Assembly (NCBI GenBank): GCA_965220745.1 | Contig: CBDCQT010000005.1 | Span: 256,001 to 320,000 of the forward strand | Reading direction: 5' to 3' | DNA length: 64,000 nt | Source: Alphaproteobacteria bacterium | Lineage (GTDB): Bacteria; Pseudomonadota; Alphaproteobacteria; UBA828 | Shown: positions 9,356-18,949 of the stretch, in pieces | How positions within the stretch are numbered: position 1 is the first letter of the stretch | How the letters are laid out: each line of letters begins with the position of its first letter | Translations under genes and position numbers: made by a program | The notes under the pieces: model-generated | Databases searched by the model: none | Told to the model about the DNA's origin: nothing | Seen by the model: the letters and a program-made list of their open reading frames with translations, nothing else

Positions 9356-10903
9356 ATGACTGAGGCAGACATCGTCATCGTGGGTGCCGGGTCGGCAGGC
9401 TGTGTGCTTGCCGCGAGGCTTACCGAACGGCCAGACCTCCGCGTTCTCTTGCTGGAGGCGGGCGGAGAACCCGAGAACCCCGACATCTCCGATCCTGCCG
9501 CCTGGCCAATTCTACAAGGCTCCGAGATCGACTGGAATTTCGAGACCGTGCCGCAGCGCTCCATGGCAGGACGCGCACATCCCTGGCCGCGCGGGCGCGT
9601 GGTGGGCGGGACGAGCGCGATGAATGCGATGGGTCATGTGCGCGGCCATCCGAGAGACTTCGACAAGTGGGCCGAGGTCGGCGCTACGGGATGGAACTGG
9701 GCCGCGCTCCGGCCCTACTTCACGCGTTCGGAAACCTCGCCCTTCGCCCCCGAAGAGGGTTATGGCGGAGGGGGTCCCGTGCGACTTTGCCAGCCCGCCA
9801 GGCCGCACCCGCTCACCCGTGCTCACTGCTCGGCCGGACGAGAGCTCGGGCTCCATCCCATCCGCGACCACAACGGGCGGGACTTGGCGGGGCCGACGCT
9901 CAATACGCTCACGATTGTGGATGGTCGGCGGCAGAGCGTGGCCGATGCCTACTTGACCCAGGCCGTTCGCGCGAGAGCGAACCTCGATCTGCGCTCAGGC
10001 CTCCTCGTCGACCGGCTGGCCTTCGACGACAGCGGACGCGTGACCGGGGTGCAAGCCTTGGAAGGCGCCAAGGTTCACCACTTCAACGCCCGGCGCGCCG
10101 TTGTTCTGGCCGCCGGGGTCATCGGAACGCCTGCAATAATGATGCGATCCGGTCTGGGCCCAGGCGCCCGGCTGGCGGCACTCGGCATTAGCCTTCGGCG
10201 CGACATGCCCGGCGTCGGGCAGAACCTGCAGGACCACCTGCTTGCCGCGGGCAACGTGTATCGCGCCCGCAGGCCGCTACCGCCGACCGCGACGCAACAT
10301 TCGGAGGCGCTCACCTACATCCACGCGCGGGGGCAGGTGCCCGGAGACGCGCCGGAGCTCGTGGTGGCGTGCGTCACGCTCCCGGCGGTCTCCGAAGCGC
10401 TTGCGGGCAGGATTCGCGTGCCCACCCCCGGTGAGGGATACACCTTGATGTTCGGCATTACGCACCCGCGCAGCCGGGGTCACCTGACCATCGCCTCCGC
10501 AGACCCGCAGGCCAAGCCGGTCATCGATCCCGCCTATCTCAGCGCAGCGGAGGACCGCTCGCTACTCCTCGAAGCGCTCGACTGGGCGCGGCGGCTGGGC
10601 GCAGCTGACGCCTACGCGCCGTGGCGCGGCGAAGAACTATTGCCGCAGCCCAGCGATCTCGCGAGCCAGGATGCGCGATCGGCATTCATCGAGCGCGCCG
10701 CCTTCACGCATCACCATCCGATCGGAACCTGCAGGATGGGAACGGACCCTGATGCCGTTGTCCGCCCCGACCTTTCAGCCGCAGGCGTACCGGGGCTCTA
10801 TATCGTTGACGGCTCTGTCCTTCCGAGCCTGACGACGGGCCCGGTCAACGCGGCTATTGTCGCGGTCGCGGAACGGGCGAGCGATCTTCTTTCCGCTCGT
10901 TGA
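9356..10903 (+). CDS. GMC oxidoreductase, pyridoxine 4-oxidase-like
   Basis: GAGSAG FAD motif; PAAWPILQG, QDHLLAAGNVY, QHSEA, FGITHP, THHHPIGTCRMG and TTGPVNAA resemble recalled Mesorhizobium pyridoxine 4-oxidase, which has a His/Pro rather than His/Asn active-site pair. Confidence 0.8.
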   Translation: MTEADIVIVGAGSAGCVLAARLTERPDLRVLLLEAGGEPENPDISDPAAWPILQGSEIDWNFETVPQRSMAGRAHPWPRGRVVGGTSAMNAMGHVRGHPRDFDKWAEVGATGWNWAALRPYFTRSETSPFAPEEGYGGGGPVRLCQPARPHPLTRAHCSAGRELGLHPIRDHNGRDLAGPTLNTLTIVDGRRQSVADAYLTQAVRARANLDLRSGLLVDRLAFDDSGRVTGVQALEGAKVHHFNARRAVVLAAGVIGTPAIMMRSGLGPGARLAALGISLRRDMPGVGQNLQDHLLAAGNVYRARRPLPPTATQHSEALTYIHARGQVPGDAPELVVACVTLPAVSEALAGRIRVPTPGEGYTLMFGITHPRSRGHLTIASADPQAKPVIDPAYLSAAEDRSLLLEALDWARRLGAADAYAPWRGEELLPQPSDLASQDARSAFIERAAFTHHHPIGTCRMGTDPDAVVRPDLSAAGVPGLYIVDGSVLPSLTTGPVNAAIVAVAERASDLLSAR

Positions 10904-11063
10904 CCAGACCCGCGGGGAGCCTGAGCGCGGAACACAGAGACTCTCGCTCGTCAAGCAGCGGCTGATCCCGGCTCCTTCGCAGCGCCCGCCATGGCCGCCG
11001 GCGTGACACGCTAGGCGTTCCATATAGACTTCGCCGCGCAACGGCGCAGCGGAAAGGACGGCG

Positions 11064-11987
11064 ATGAAGGCAGCCTACTTCGAGCAGCATGGTGGACCCG
11101 AGGTCATCCGCTACGGCGACCTGCCGGACCCGCAAGCTGGGCCGGGCGAGACCGTCGTCGACATCCACGCCGCCAGCGTCAACGGCGCGGACTGCAAGGT
11201 GTTGGCGGGCCAATACAGCCGGATCACCGACTTCCCCTATGTGCTCGGGCGCGACTTTTCGGGCGTGGTCGCATCGCTCGGAGGCGGCGTCGACGAGTTC
11301 GCGCCGGGCGATCCGGTGTTCGGCGTCTGCGAGGTGGGACAGGAAGGAGCCTACGCCGAGAAGATCGCGATGAAGGCGGCGCTGGTCGCGCCGAAGCCGG
11401 ACAGTCTGTCCCATGTGAATGCCGCAGCGCTTGCGTTGATCGGCCTGACGGCGGTGGTCTCGATCGAGGACACCCTGGCCCTTCAGCCGGGCGAAAGAAT
11501 CCTGATTCAGGGCGGGGCCGGCGGGGTCGCCGGCTTCGCCATCCAGCTTGCCAAGCACATCGGCGCGCACGTCATCGCCACGTGCAGCGCCCGCAACATC
11601 GACTATGTGCGTGGCCTTGGTGCGGACGAGGTGATCGACTACAACGCGCGGGACTTTGCGGAAGCGGTCTCGGACTGCGATGCCGTGTTCGAGACCGTGG
11701 GCGGCGACGTGGCGCAGCGCTCCTTCGCTGTGCTCAAGCCAGGGGGCCGCGCGGCGTTCATCGCCTCGGGCCCCACCGCGCCGCAGCCCGCGCGTGGCGA
11801 CGTGACCGCGCTCCGCCCCAGAGTTGGGCGCGACCGGACGCATCTGCTGCGCATCCTCGAACTGGTCGAGGCGGGCGCCGTCCGGGTGCCCGAGATTCGC
11901 ACCTTCCCGCTCGCAGATGCCGCGTCCGCGCTCGCCACCAGCGCGTCCCGCCACCTTAGAGGCAAGCTCGTCTTGAACACCCGCTGA
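11064..11987 (+). CDS. NADP-dependent oxidoreductase (MDR/quinone reductase family)
   Basis: HAASVN, LGRDFSGVV, ILIQGGAGGVAG and C-terminal GKLVL. Confidence 0.9.
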   Translation: MKAAYFEQHGGPEVIRYGDLPDPQAGPGETVVDIHAASVNGADCKVLAGQYSRITDFPYVLGRDFSGVVASLGGGVDEFAPGDPVFGVCEVGQEGAYAEKIAMKAALVAPKPDSLSHVNAAALALIGLTAVVSIEDTLALQPGERILIQGGAGGVAGFAIQLAKHIGAHVIATCSARNIDYVRGLGADEVIDYNARDFAEAVSDCDAVFETVGGDVAQRSFAVLKPGGRAAFIASGPTAPQPARGDVTALRPRVGRDRTHLLRILELVEAGAVRVPEIRTFPLADAASALATSASRHLRGKLVLNTR

Positions 11988-12003
11988 TGCCCTGATCCGG
12001 ACG

Positions 12004-12732
12004 TCACTTGCGATCGCGCCACCAGGCCTCGAAGGCGGCAAGAGTCGCCTCGTTCGGCGGGTAGGTGCCGGGCACGGGCGCGCCGTCCCGGATGCGTTCC
12101 AGGATAAACTCCTCGATCTGTTCCTGCTCGCCGGCGGCGCGGGCGACGTCGTCGGCGATGCCGCGCGGAATGACGCAGACACCGTCTGGGTCGCCGACCA
12201 GCACGTCGCCGGGGAACACCGCGACGCCACCGCAGGCGATCGGATCCTGCACGGCGGCGGCGAAATGGGCGGCCAGGCTGGCGGGCGCGGCGCTGCCGGT
12301 ACAGAAGGTCGGAAACGCGATGGCGGCGACCGCTGCCGCGTCGCGCATCGGGCCGTCGGTCACGAACGCCGCGACCCCGCGCACCATGAGCCGGGTGATC
12401 AGGATGTCTCCCAACATCCCCGCACGCTGCTCTCCCCGGCTGTCGCAAACCAGCACCTGGCCGGGCGGGCAGGCCTCGATGGCCTTGCGCTGCGGGTATT
12501 CCGGATCGGCCAGAACCTCCGGCGTGCTGAGGTCCTCGCGCATGGGAATGGTGCGCAGCGTATAAGCCTCTGCCGCAAAGCGGGCGTGCTGCGGATTGAG
12601 CGGGCGGGAGCCCTGGATGAAGGTGTGGCGCAGGCCGCGCTTGAGCAGCTGCATGGTGACCGTGGCGACGCTCACGGCGCGCAATCGCTCAAGGGTGTCG
12701 TCGGCCAGCGGCTTGTCTGATGTCGGCGGCAT
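12004..12732 (-). CDS. RraA/HMG aldolase family protein
   Basis: GDILITRL, VTDGPMRD and CGGVAVFPGDVLVGDPDGV motifs; start at MPPTSD. Confidence 0.85.
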   Translation of the reverse strand: MPPTSDKPLADDTLERLRAVSVATVTMQLLKRGLRHTFIQGSRPLNPQHARFAAEAYTLRTIPMREDLSTPEVLADPEYPQRKAIEACPPGQVLVCDSRGEQRAGMLGDILITRLMVRGVAAFVTDGPMRDAAAVAAIAFPTFCTGSAAPASLAAHFAAAVQDPIACGGVAVFPGDVLVGDPDGVCVIPRGIADDVARAAGEQEQIEEFILERIRDGAPVPGTYPPNEATLAAFEAWWRDRK

Positions 12733-12852
12733 TCGTTGGCCTTTCCTCCCTGACCTTGTGGCCGGGGATTTCCCTTGTTGAGCGCCCGATTGCAGTGGAT
12801 GATGAGATCGTGCCCTCCAGCGTGCTGTCAACTCAGCTTGGAGAACACGGCG

Positions 12853-13281
12853 ATGCCCCTGGAAAATCTCAACCACGTGCTTGTGCTGACCGGGGATCTA
12901 GAGGCGACGCGGGACTTCTATGTCGATGTCCTGGGCCTTGAGGACGGCTACCGGCCGCCCTTCCCGTTCGACGGGCATTGGATCTACTTGGGCGACCGCG
13001 CGGTGGTCCATGTGGCCGAGAACAGGGACTATCTCGAAAAGCGCGATCGCGTGCAGGGCGGCTCGGCGGACAACGCCACCGGCTCGATCGATCACATCGC
13101 CTTCGAGGCCACCGGGCTCAAGGCCATGATCGCGAGGCTGGAGAACCGCGGCATCGCTGCACACCATCGCAAGGTGCCGGACCTAGACCTGCACCAGGTC
13201 TTCGTCCACGACCCGAACGGCGTTCGCATCGAATTGAACTACCCCGCAATTGAAGGAGCGGAGGTGGAGCTATCCGGCTAG
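12853..13281 (+). CDS. VOC/glyoxalase family protein
   Basis: LNHVLVLTGDLEATRDFY, IDHIAF and QVFVHDPNGVRIELNY motifs. Confidence 0.9.
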   Translation: MPLENLNHVLVLTGDLEATRDFYVDVLGLEDGYRPPFPFDGHWIYLGDRAVVHVAENRDYLEKRDRVQGGSADNATGSIDHIAFEATGLKAMIARLENRGIAAHHRKVPDLDLHQVFVHDPNGVRIELNYPAIEGAEVELSG

Positions 13282-13457
13282 GTCGGCCCGGCAATCATGG
13301 TCTGGAGGTACGACTGACCACAGCCAGCTCCGGCCGTCCGGAGTGAGTGGATCGGATTTGTGACGAGTGTACAGGTGGAAGAACAGGGGAGGCGCTTATG
13401 AAAAGGAAACCAGCACTCTGTACCCTTCGCGCATGGTGGAAAAAGGGAGATCGAACC

Positions 13458-14474
13458 ATGACACTACGACGTAAACTGCTTGCAGCGGCCTTTGTCGCGA
13501 TTCTTGCCGTGCCGGGAGTCGCCAAGGCCGAAGACAATTACCATCTCACATATCATGCAGCCTTCGGCATAGCGGCGCTCAACGAGGCGTCCCGCGTGTG
13601 GATGGACGAAATCGAGGCCCGCACCGATGGAAGGGTGACATTTACCCGGCTCTTCGGTGGGGCGCTCGGCAAGTTTGCAGGACAGCCAGACGGTCTCAGG
13701 GCGCGTTCGTTCGACGTCGGGCAGCTCTCGGCCGTGTACAATCCCGGTCTCTACCCGCGCGCGACGACGACAGTCATAACGTTTCTGACCGACAACGCAG
13801 AAGCGCACAATCTGGCGTCACACGAGTTCTTCAATACGCCGGAAGTCCAAGCAGAATTCGATGCGCTCAACCAGAAATTCATGTTCGTCGGTCAGTGGGC
13901 CAGGATCGAGATGCTGTCGTATGAACATTACAATACCATGGAGGAGCTCAGCCAAGCCAAGATTCGCGCTCACGGTGGCGCAGGCGATGCACTCGAGGCC
14001 GCCGGTATCGCGGGCTACGCGATCCCCTGGGGTGAGCTTCCGGCAGCGGCGGAGAGAAGGGTTGTCGACGCCGCCATCATGGGCGCTCCGGCAGCAGCAT
14101 ACGACTTCGGATTCGGCGACATCTTCGAATACTGGTACGCGTATATGCCGTTCTACTACTTCCCCATGACGCTGGTCATGAACAAGGAGGCCTGGGAAGA
14201 GCTGCCGGCAGATATCCAGCAGATCATCGAAGAGCTCAACGAGGAAATGGTTCCCCGAGCCCAGGCGCTGACCGTATTGCGGGACGGGGAGGCCGAGGCA
14301 AAACTGACGGAAGAGCTCGGTGTCAAGAAGGTCAGGTTCGGCGAACGCGACAAACTGGAAGCAGCCGCAGCCGGCGCCAGGGAAAACTGGAAGGCGGAAA
14401 TGGCTGACAAGGGGATCGACGGCGAAGCTCTCCTCAACAAATACTTCGAGCTGCTAAAGAAGCACGGCGGATAA
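13458..14474 (+). CDS. dctP: TRAP transporter substrate-binding protein
   Basis: Sec signal ending AKA; IEARTDGRV, KIR and VMNKEAWEELPADIQ; followed by DctQ and DctM genes. Confidence 0.85.
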   Translation: MTLRRKLLAAAFVAILAVPGVAKAEDNYHLTYHAAFGIAALNEASRVWMDEIEARTDGRVTFTRLFGGALGKFAGQPDGLRARSFDVGQLSAVYNPGLYPRATTTVITFLTDNAEAHNLASHEFFNTPEVQAEFDALNQKFMFVGQWARIEMLSYEHYNTMEELSQAKIRAHGGAGDALEAAGIAGYAIPWGELPAAAERRVVDAAIMGAPAAAYDFGFGDIFEYWYAYMPFYYFPMTLVMNKEAWEELPADIQQIIEELNEEMVPRAQALTVLRDGEAEAKLTEELGVKKVRFGERDKLEAAAAGARENWKAEMADKGIDGEALLNKYFELLKKHGG

Positions 14475-14529
14475 CCGAGAGAAGCGGATGCCTTCTTCAC
14501 AGGCTGAGTAGCATGTTGTTCAACACGTG

Positions 14530-14586
14530 CGGGAAGCATTCGGCTCTGGGGCGAGACGAATCCCCGTCGAATGCTTCCCGTTTTTT
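14530..14586 (+). terminator. Intrinsic terminator-like hairpin between dctP and dctQ
   Basis: Perfect 13-bp inverted repeat cgggaagcattcg (14530-14542) / cgaatgcttcccg (14568-14580), with an inner gggg/cccc stem, followed immediately by TTTTTT. Confidence 0.7.
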
Positions 14587-14686
14587 CCGAGTAGAATCGC
14601 ACGGTCGGGGCCGCGCATGGTCGACCGATCGAAGATCTTCGTGACTGGACCACGTCTGCTGCGGCACGGATCGACAAGAAGAAACA

Positions 14687-15229
14687 ATGGGCTCTAACGT
14701 GAAAAGAGCGCTATTGAGTGCCCAGAGGCACATCGAGGACATACTAACTTATGTCTCGGCTGCGGCCGTTGCAGCCATGATGGTGATCACCATAGCTGAC
14801 GTGATAGTCCGATACCTCACGCCCACGAATGTGCCAGGATCGTACGAATACGTTAGTCTATTGTTCGTATTGGTTATTTACCTCGGCCTAGCGTATGCAC
14901 AGCGCGAGAATTCTCATATCGCGATCGACGCGCTTTATAGCAGGTTGCCAAGACGCTACCGGAAATTGCTTCAGCTGTTTCAGCTGGGTACTTTTTTGAT
15001 CTTTGCCGCGGCATTGACCTGGTATACCGCGGCCGTAACCTGGGATAACTATGTCTTTGGGGATACGATCTTGGGGGCAATTTCAGTCGTAACGTGGCCG
15101 TCACGACTGACAATTTCGATAGGCTTTCTGTTCCTGTCGTTTCGCTTCCTGATTCAGCTGTTGAATTTGATAATTCTAGACAAGCTCATCGAAGAAGAGG
15201 CGCCGACTACGCTCGTCGAAGAATCTTGA
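14687..15229 (+). CDS. dctQ: TRAP transporter small permease
   Basis: Four hydrophobic helices; ADVIVRY and LGLAYAQRENSHIAID motifs. Confidence 0.85.
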   Translation: MGSNVKRALLSAQRHIEDILTYVSAAAVAAMMVITIADVIVRYLTPTNVPGSYEYVSLLFVLVIYLGLAYAQRENSHIAIDALYSRLPRRYRKLLQLFQLGTFLIFAAALTWYTAAVTWDNYVFGDTILGAISVVTWPSRLTISIGFLFLSFRFLIQLLNLIILDKLIEEEAPTTLVEES

Positions 15230-16530
15230 TCGATCCAATCACCCCAATTCTCATCATCGCAGGAGTCGCGGCTCTCCTGGCACTAAGGGTGCCGGTCGGA
15301 TTTACGTTGCTCTTCATGGGTGCAATCGGTTTCGCATCCAGCCGCGGCCTCGACTCAACCCTGAACACGCTTGGCGGGCGCCTCTTCGATATCGGTTCGG
15401 GCTACTCGTTGAGTGCCGTACCGCTGTTCCTGCTGATGGGCCACATGGCCATCGCGTCCAGGGTGACGGAAGACATGTTCGGCGCCGCGCGCGCATGGGT
15501 CGGGCATTTGAGAGGCAGTCTGGTGCTGGCAACAACCTTTGCCGCCACCGGATTTGCCGCATGCTCGGGCTCGACGACGTCCACGACCGCGGTCTTCGGT
15601 CGGGTCGCTCTACCGGAAATGCTCAAGAACAACATCGATCGTCGGCTCGCCGCGGGTTGCATCGCGACCGTGGGCACGCTCGCAGGCATGATCCCTCCCA
15701 GCGTCGTTCTGATCGTCTTCGGCATCATCGCGCGGGAATCCATCCCGCGGCTCTTTATCGCCGGTATTGTCCCCGGACTTCTCACCGCCTTCTGTTTCTC
15801 CGTGATGATCTACGTACGCGTGCTCCGCAATCCCAAACTGGCGCCTCCATTGCCGCCAGCTCCGAGGTCCGAAAAACTTCGCTCTCTCAAGGACGTCTGG
15901 GCTGCTCTGCTGCTGGCCGTCGTGGTGGTTGGCGGCATCTATGCGGGCATCTTTACGCCGACTGAAGCTGGCGCCATGGGAGCGGGAGGGGCATTCCTCA
16001 TAGCGCTTTTCAGAGGGCGTCTGAGCTTCCAGGTTCTTCGTTCCGTTTTCACCGAAACGGCAAAAACGACCTCCGTGATCTTCATAATTCTGGTGGGCGC
16101 TCTGATCTTTACGTCCTACCTCGCCGTCAGTGGAACATCCTCGGCGATTACCGAAGGCATCGTCGGCATGGACGTGCACCCACGGGTGCTGTTGCTGTTG
16201 TATCTGCTTCTCATGCTCGTGCTGGGTCTCTTCATTGACCCGATCTCGGTCATGTTCCTGACAGTGCCGATCTTCCTACCGCCTCTGGCGAGGCTCGGGA
16301 TGGACCCGATCTGGATCGGCGTTCTTGTCACCAAGTCGCTCGAAATAGGCTTGATCACACCGCCCGTTGGGCTGAACGCATTCGTGCTAAAGAGTGTGTC
16401 TCCCGGCTTTAATTTCAAAGAGATTTACCACGGCATCTGGTGGTTCCTGCAGGTCGAACTCGTTGTGCTGGGAATCATATTCGCATTCCCGGAGCTGGCG
16501 CTGTGGCTTCCGAACCTCATGTATAGGTGA
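15226..16530 (+). CDS. dctM: TRAP transporter large permease
   Basis: AVPLFLLMG, GTLAGMIPPS, GIFTPTEAGAMG and EIGLITPPVGLN; probable TTG start overlapping the dctQ stop (TTGA). Confidence 0.9.
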   Translation: MIDPITPILIIAGVAALLALRVPVGFTLLFMGAIGFASSRGLDSTLNTLGGRLFDIGSGYSLSAVPLFLLMGHMAIASRVTEDMFGAARAWVGHLRGSLVLATTFAATGFAACSGSTTSTTAVFGRVALPEMLKNNIDRRLAAGCIATVGTLAGMIPPSVVLIVFGIIARESIPRLFIAGIVPGLLTAFCFSVMIYVRVLRNPKLAPPLPPAPRSEKLRSLKDVWAALLLAVVVVGGIYAGIFTPTEAGAMGAGGAFLIALFRGRLSFQVLRSVFTETAKTTSVIFIILVGALIFTSYLAVSGTSSAITEGIVGMDVHPRVLLLLYLLLMLVLGLFIDPISVMFLTVPIFLPPLARLGMDPIWIGVLVTKSLEIGLITPPVGLNAFVLKSVSPGFNFKEIYHGIWWFLQVELVVLGIIFAFPELALWLPNLMYR

Positions 16531-16623
16531 ACGGCGAGCCCAGCGGGCGCTGGGCGCCTGAGAGATCAGATCAAGGGGTGGCGACGATAAGCGGGAGTCA
16601 GCGCATCGTCTTTGGCTGACGGA

Positions 16624-17085
16624 TCAGGGTCTCGTCACGTTCCAGGTCGCGTTAATCTTTGTGCCGGCCTGGGTGAGGATGACCGTCACCGGGCAACGCT
16701 TCTCCAGGTCTTCGCGGAGCCGCGCGATCTCGGCGTCCGAGGCCGACGTCGTGATGTTCATCGTCAGGTCGATCTCCGGGAACGGGAGCGCTGTCGGCGT
16801 CGTGTTGCGGATGCCATCGGTGTCGAAAGTGGCGTCGAGGGACATGGAAAGATCGTCGATCTCGATCTCCATCTCCTCGGCGATCAGGTGCGAAATGACG
16901 TTGAGGCAGGCAAGGAAGGAGGAGAGCATCGTCTCCAGCGGCGTGGCGCCGCTGTCGGTCCCGCCGCGTACCTCCGGCTCGTCGATGATCACGGTGTGCT
17001 GGCGTGTGCTGGCCTCGAGCCGGCAGCGGCTGGTGGCCTTGGCGTCAATGACGAAGTGATGGGTGGGCGGCAGGTCGAATGTCAC
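16624..17085 (-). CDS. OsmC/Ohr family protein
   Basis: IDEPEVRGGTDSGATPLE, conserved Cys pair (FLACL ... KRCPV); GTG start with GGGAGG RBS. Confidence 0.85.
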   Translation of the reverse strand: MTFDLPPTHHFVIDAKATSRCRLEASTRQHTVIIDEPEVRGGTDSGATPLETMLSSFLACLNVISHLIAEEMEIEIDDLSMSLDATFDTDGIRNTTPTALPFPEIDLTMNITTSASDAEIARLREDLEKRCPVTVILTQAGTKINATWNVTRP

Positions 17086-17194
17086 GGGGTCCTCCCATAA
17101 GTCACGGCATGATTGCCGAGTTCCGGGCCATGTCACCACGGCGCGCCCGGCTCGGACAAGGGGCGGCCCGGGCCGATCAGGTCGCGTACGTCGG

Positions 17195-17908
17195 CTAACG
17201 CGCGCAAGCCTCGATTAGCGAGCGGAAGATACGGGCGTCGCCGGGGTCGATCGCGTATTCCGGGTGCCACTGCACGCCGATGAACCAACGGTGCGCCGGG
17301 TCCTCGATGCCCTCGATCACGCCGTCAGGAGCGAGTGCATTGACGACGAGGCCGGGCGCCGCCTCGGCGACGGCCTGGTGATGGGCGCTGTTCACCTGCA
17401 TGGCATCGCTGCCGACGATGGCCCGGAGCACGCTGTCCGCCGCCAGTGACACCGCGTGACCGGCCTCGGTGCGGGGGTTGGGCTGCTCGTGGGCCAGGGC
17501 ATCGGGCACCGCGTCCGGAATGTGCTGAATGAGGCTGCCGCCGAGCGCCACGTTCATCAGCTGCTGGCCGCCGCAGATGCCGAGGGAGGGCACCGCGCGG
17601 GCGTGCGCGGCGCGGGTAATGGCAAGCTCGAAGGCGGTGCGCCGGTCCTTGGTGGTGACGGTCTCGTGCCGTGTGGTGGCGCCGAAGAGGGCCGGGTCCA
17701 CGTCGAAGGCGCCGCCGGTGACGATGAGGCCGTTCACCGTCTCCAGATAGCGCTCCGCGAGCTCTGGCTCGTGCGGCAATGCAACCGGAATACCGCCCGC
17801 CGCAGCGACCGCCGTGCAGTAGTTCTCGCGGATCGCGTACCAGGGCTCGCCGGAATAGCCGCCGGGCGGCTCGGAATCGAGGGTGAGGCCGATGACGGGC
17901 TGCGCCAT
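17195..17908 (-). CDS. Gamma-glutamyl-GABA hydrolase family protein (peptidase C26, PuuD-like)
   Basis: LGICGGQQLMNV nucleophile Cys; VNSAHHQAV and GVQWHPE motifs. Confidence 0.9.
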   Translation of the reverse strand: MAQPVIGLTLDSEPPGGYSGEPWYAIRENYCTAVAAAGGIPVALPHEPELAERYLETVNGLIVTGGAFDVDPALFGATTRHETVTTKDRRTAFELAITRAAHARAVPSLGICGGQQLMNVALGGSLIQHIPDAVPDALAHEQPNPRTEAGHAVSLAADSVLRAIVGSDAMQVNSAHHQAVAEAAPGLVVNALAPDGVIEGIEDPAHRWFIGVQWHPEYAIDPGDARIFRSLIEACAR

Positions 17909-17985
17909 TTACTGAGTCTAGCGTGAACGTGTGATCGAGGGGAGACGCGCTCCCGCAGTTCAACGCATCGCGTCCGTATCCGTGG

Positions 17986-18019
17986 TTGTCAATGCAAACT
18001 AACTGGATTATGTTGACAA
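17986..18019. promoter_or_regulatory. Inverted repeat TTGTCAA-N20-TTGACAA upstream of the antitoxin-like gene (candidate operator or -35 elements)
   Basis: Lies in an AT-rich patch; each half contains TTGACA on opposite strands; CAGGAG RBS follows. Confidence 0.45.
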
Positions 18020-18044
18020 AGTAGATCATTCCAGGAGAGTTAAC

Positions 18045-18530
18045 ATGGCAAGCACTCGCGTCGCGGACGAGGTATGGATCGCAACCGCGCTGCTGCACCG
18101 CCAGCACCCGGAGCAAGACGACTTCACGGTTGGGGAGATCGTCCGTCGGGCCGAGGCCGAGAACGTCACTGGCGCAGGTCGCCTGCGGCCCGGCGTGCAG
18201 GTGCACGCGTACCTGCACTGCGTCGCCAACAAGGTTCCCAATCCCGGGCGCTATCGCATGCTGGTCGAGACGACGAAGGGGCGCCGGCGTCTCTTCAGGC
18301 CCGGCGACCCCTGCCACCCGCTGCGTGCCTCGGGCAAGGATGTCCCCGACGAGCGAGGGATTCCGCCGAACTATGGGGCGCTGCTCGACTGGTATCGTCG
18401 CGAGTACGTCGGTGTGGGGGGCGGACGCGATGCCGATCCGATCCTCTCCCTGCGCGGGATGGGCAAGGCGATCTGGGCGCAAGAGGACGCGGATGCCTAC
18501 GTTAATCGGCTTCGCGAGGGTTGGCAGTGA
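18045..18530 (+). CDS. Hypothetical protein, putative antitoxin of the downstream PIN toxin
   Basis: Good RBS; stop overlaps the PIN gene start (GTGA); C-terminus LRGMGKAIW...DADAYVNRLREGW resembles VapB-type neutralising tails; N-terminal domain not recognised. Confidence 0.6.
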   Translation: MASTRVADEVWIATALLHRQHPEQDDFTVGEIVRRAEAENVTGAGRLRPGVQVHAYLHCVANKVPNPGRYRMLVETTKGRRRLFRPGDPCHPLRASGKDVPDERGIPPNYGALLDWYRREYVGVGGGRDADPILSLRGMGKAIWAQEDADAYVNRLREGWQ

Positions 18531-18949
18531 GCAAGATCTTTTGGGACACCAACCTCTTCGTGTACCTGGTGGAGGATCGAGGCGCGCGCGCCGATCAGGT
18601 GATGGCGTTACGCCAGTGGATGATGGAGCGCGAGGACGAGCTACTGACCTCCGCGCTCACCCTCGGTGAGGTTCTGGTGAAGCCCATGGAGGAGGGGGAC
18701 GAGACGCTGATGCGGCGCTACGAGCACGCGATCGGGGCAGGGGCAACCGTGCTGCCCTTCGACGAGCATGCTGCGCGGCGCTTTGCGGACATTCGCCGGG
18801 ACCGTTCGATAAAAGCGCCGGACGCTATACAGCTTGCGTGCGCCGCGGCGGCGAACGTGGACCTGTTCGTCACCAATGACGACCGTCTCAGCCGAAAGCA
18901 TGTTCAAGGCATCCAGTTCATCCAGTCGCTGGACAAGGCGACACCGTGA
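18527..18949 (+). CDS. vapC: PIN-domain VapC-family toxin
   Basis: IFWDTNLFVY, SALTLGEVL, APDAIQLACA and FVTNDDRL carry the conserved acidic PIN residues. Confidence 0.9.
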   Translation: MSKIFWDTNLFVYLVEDRGARADQVMALRQWMMEREDELLTSALTLGEVLVKPMEEGDETLMRRYEHAIGAGATVLPFDEHAARRFADIRRDRSIKAPDAIQLACAAAANVDLFVTNDDRLSRKHVQGIQFIQSLDKATP

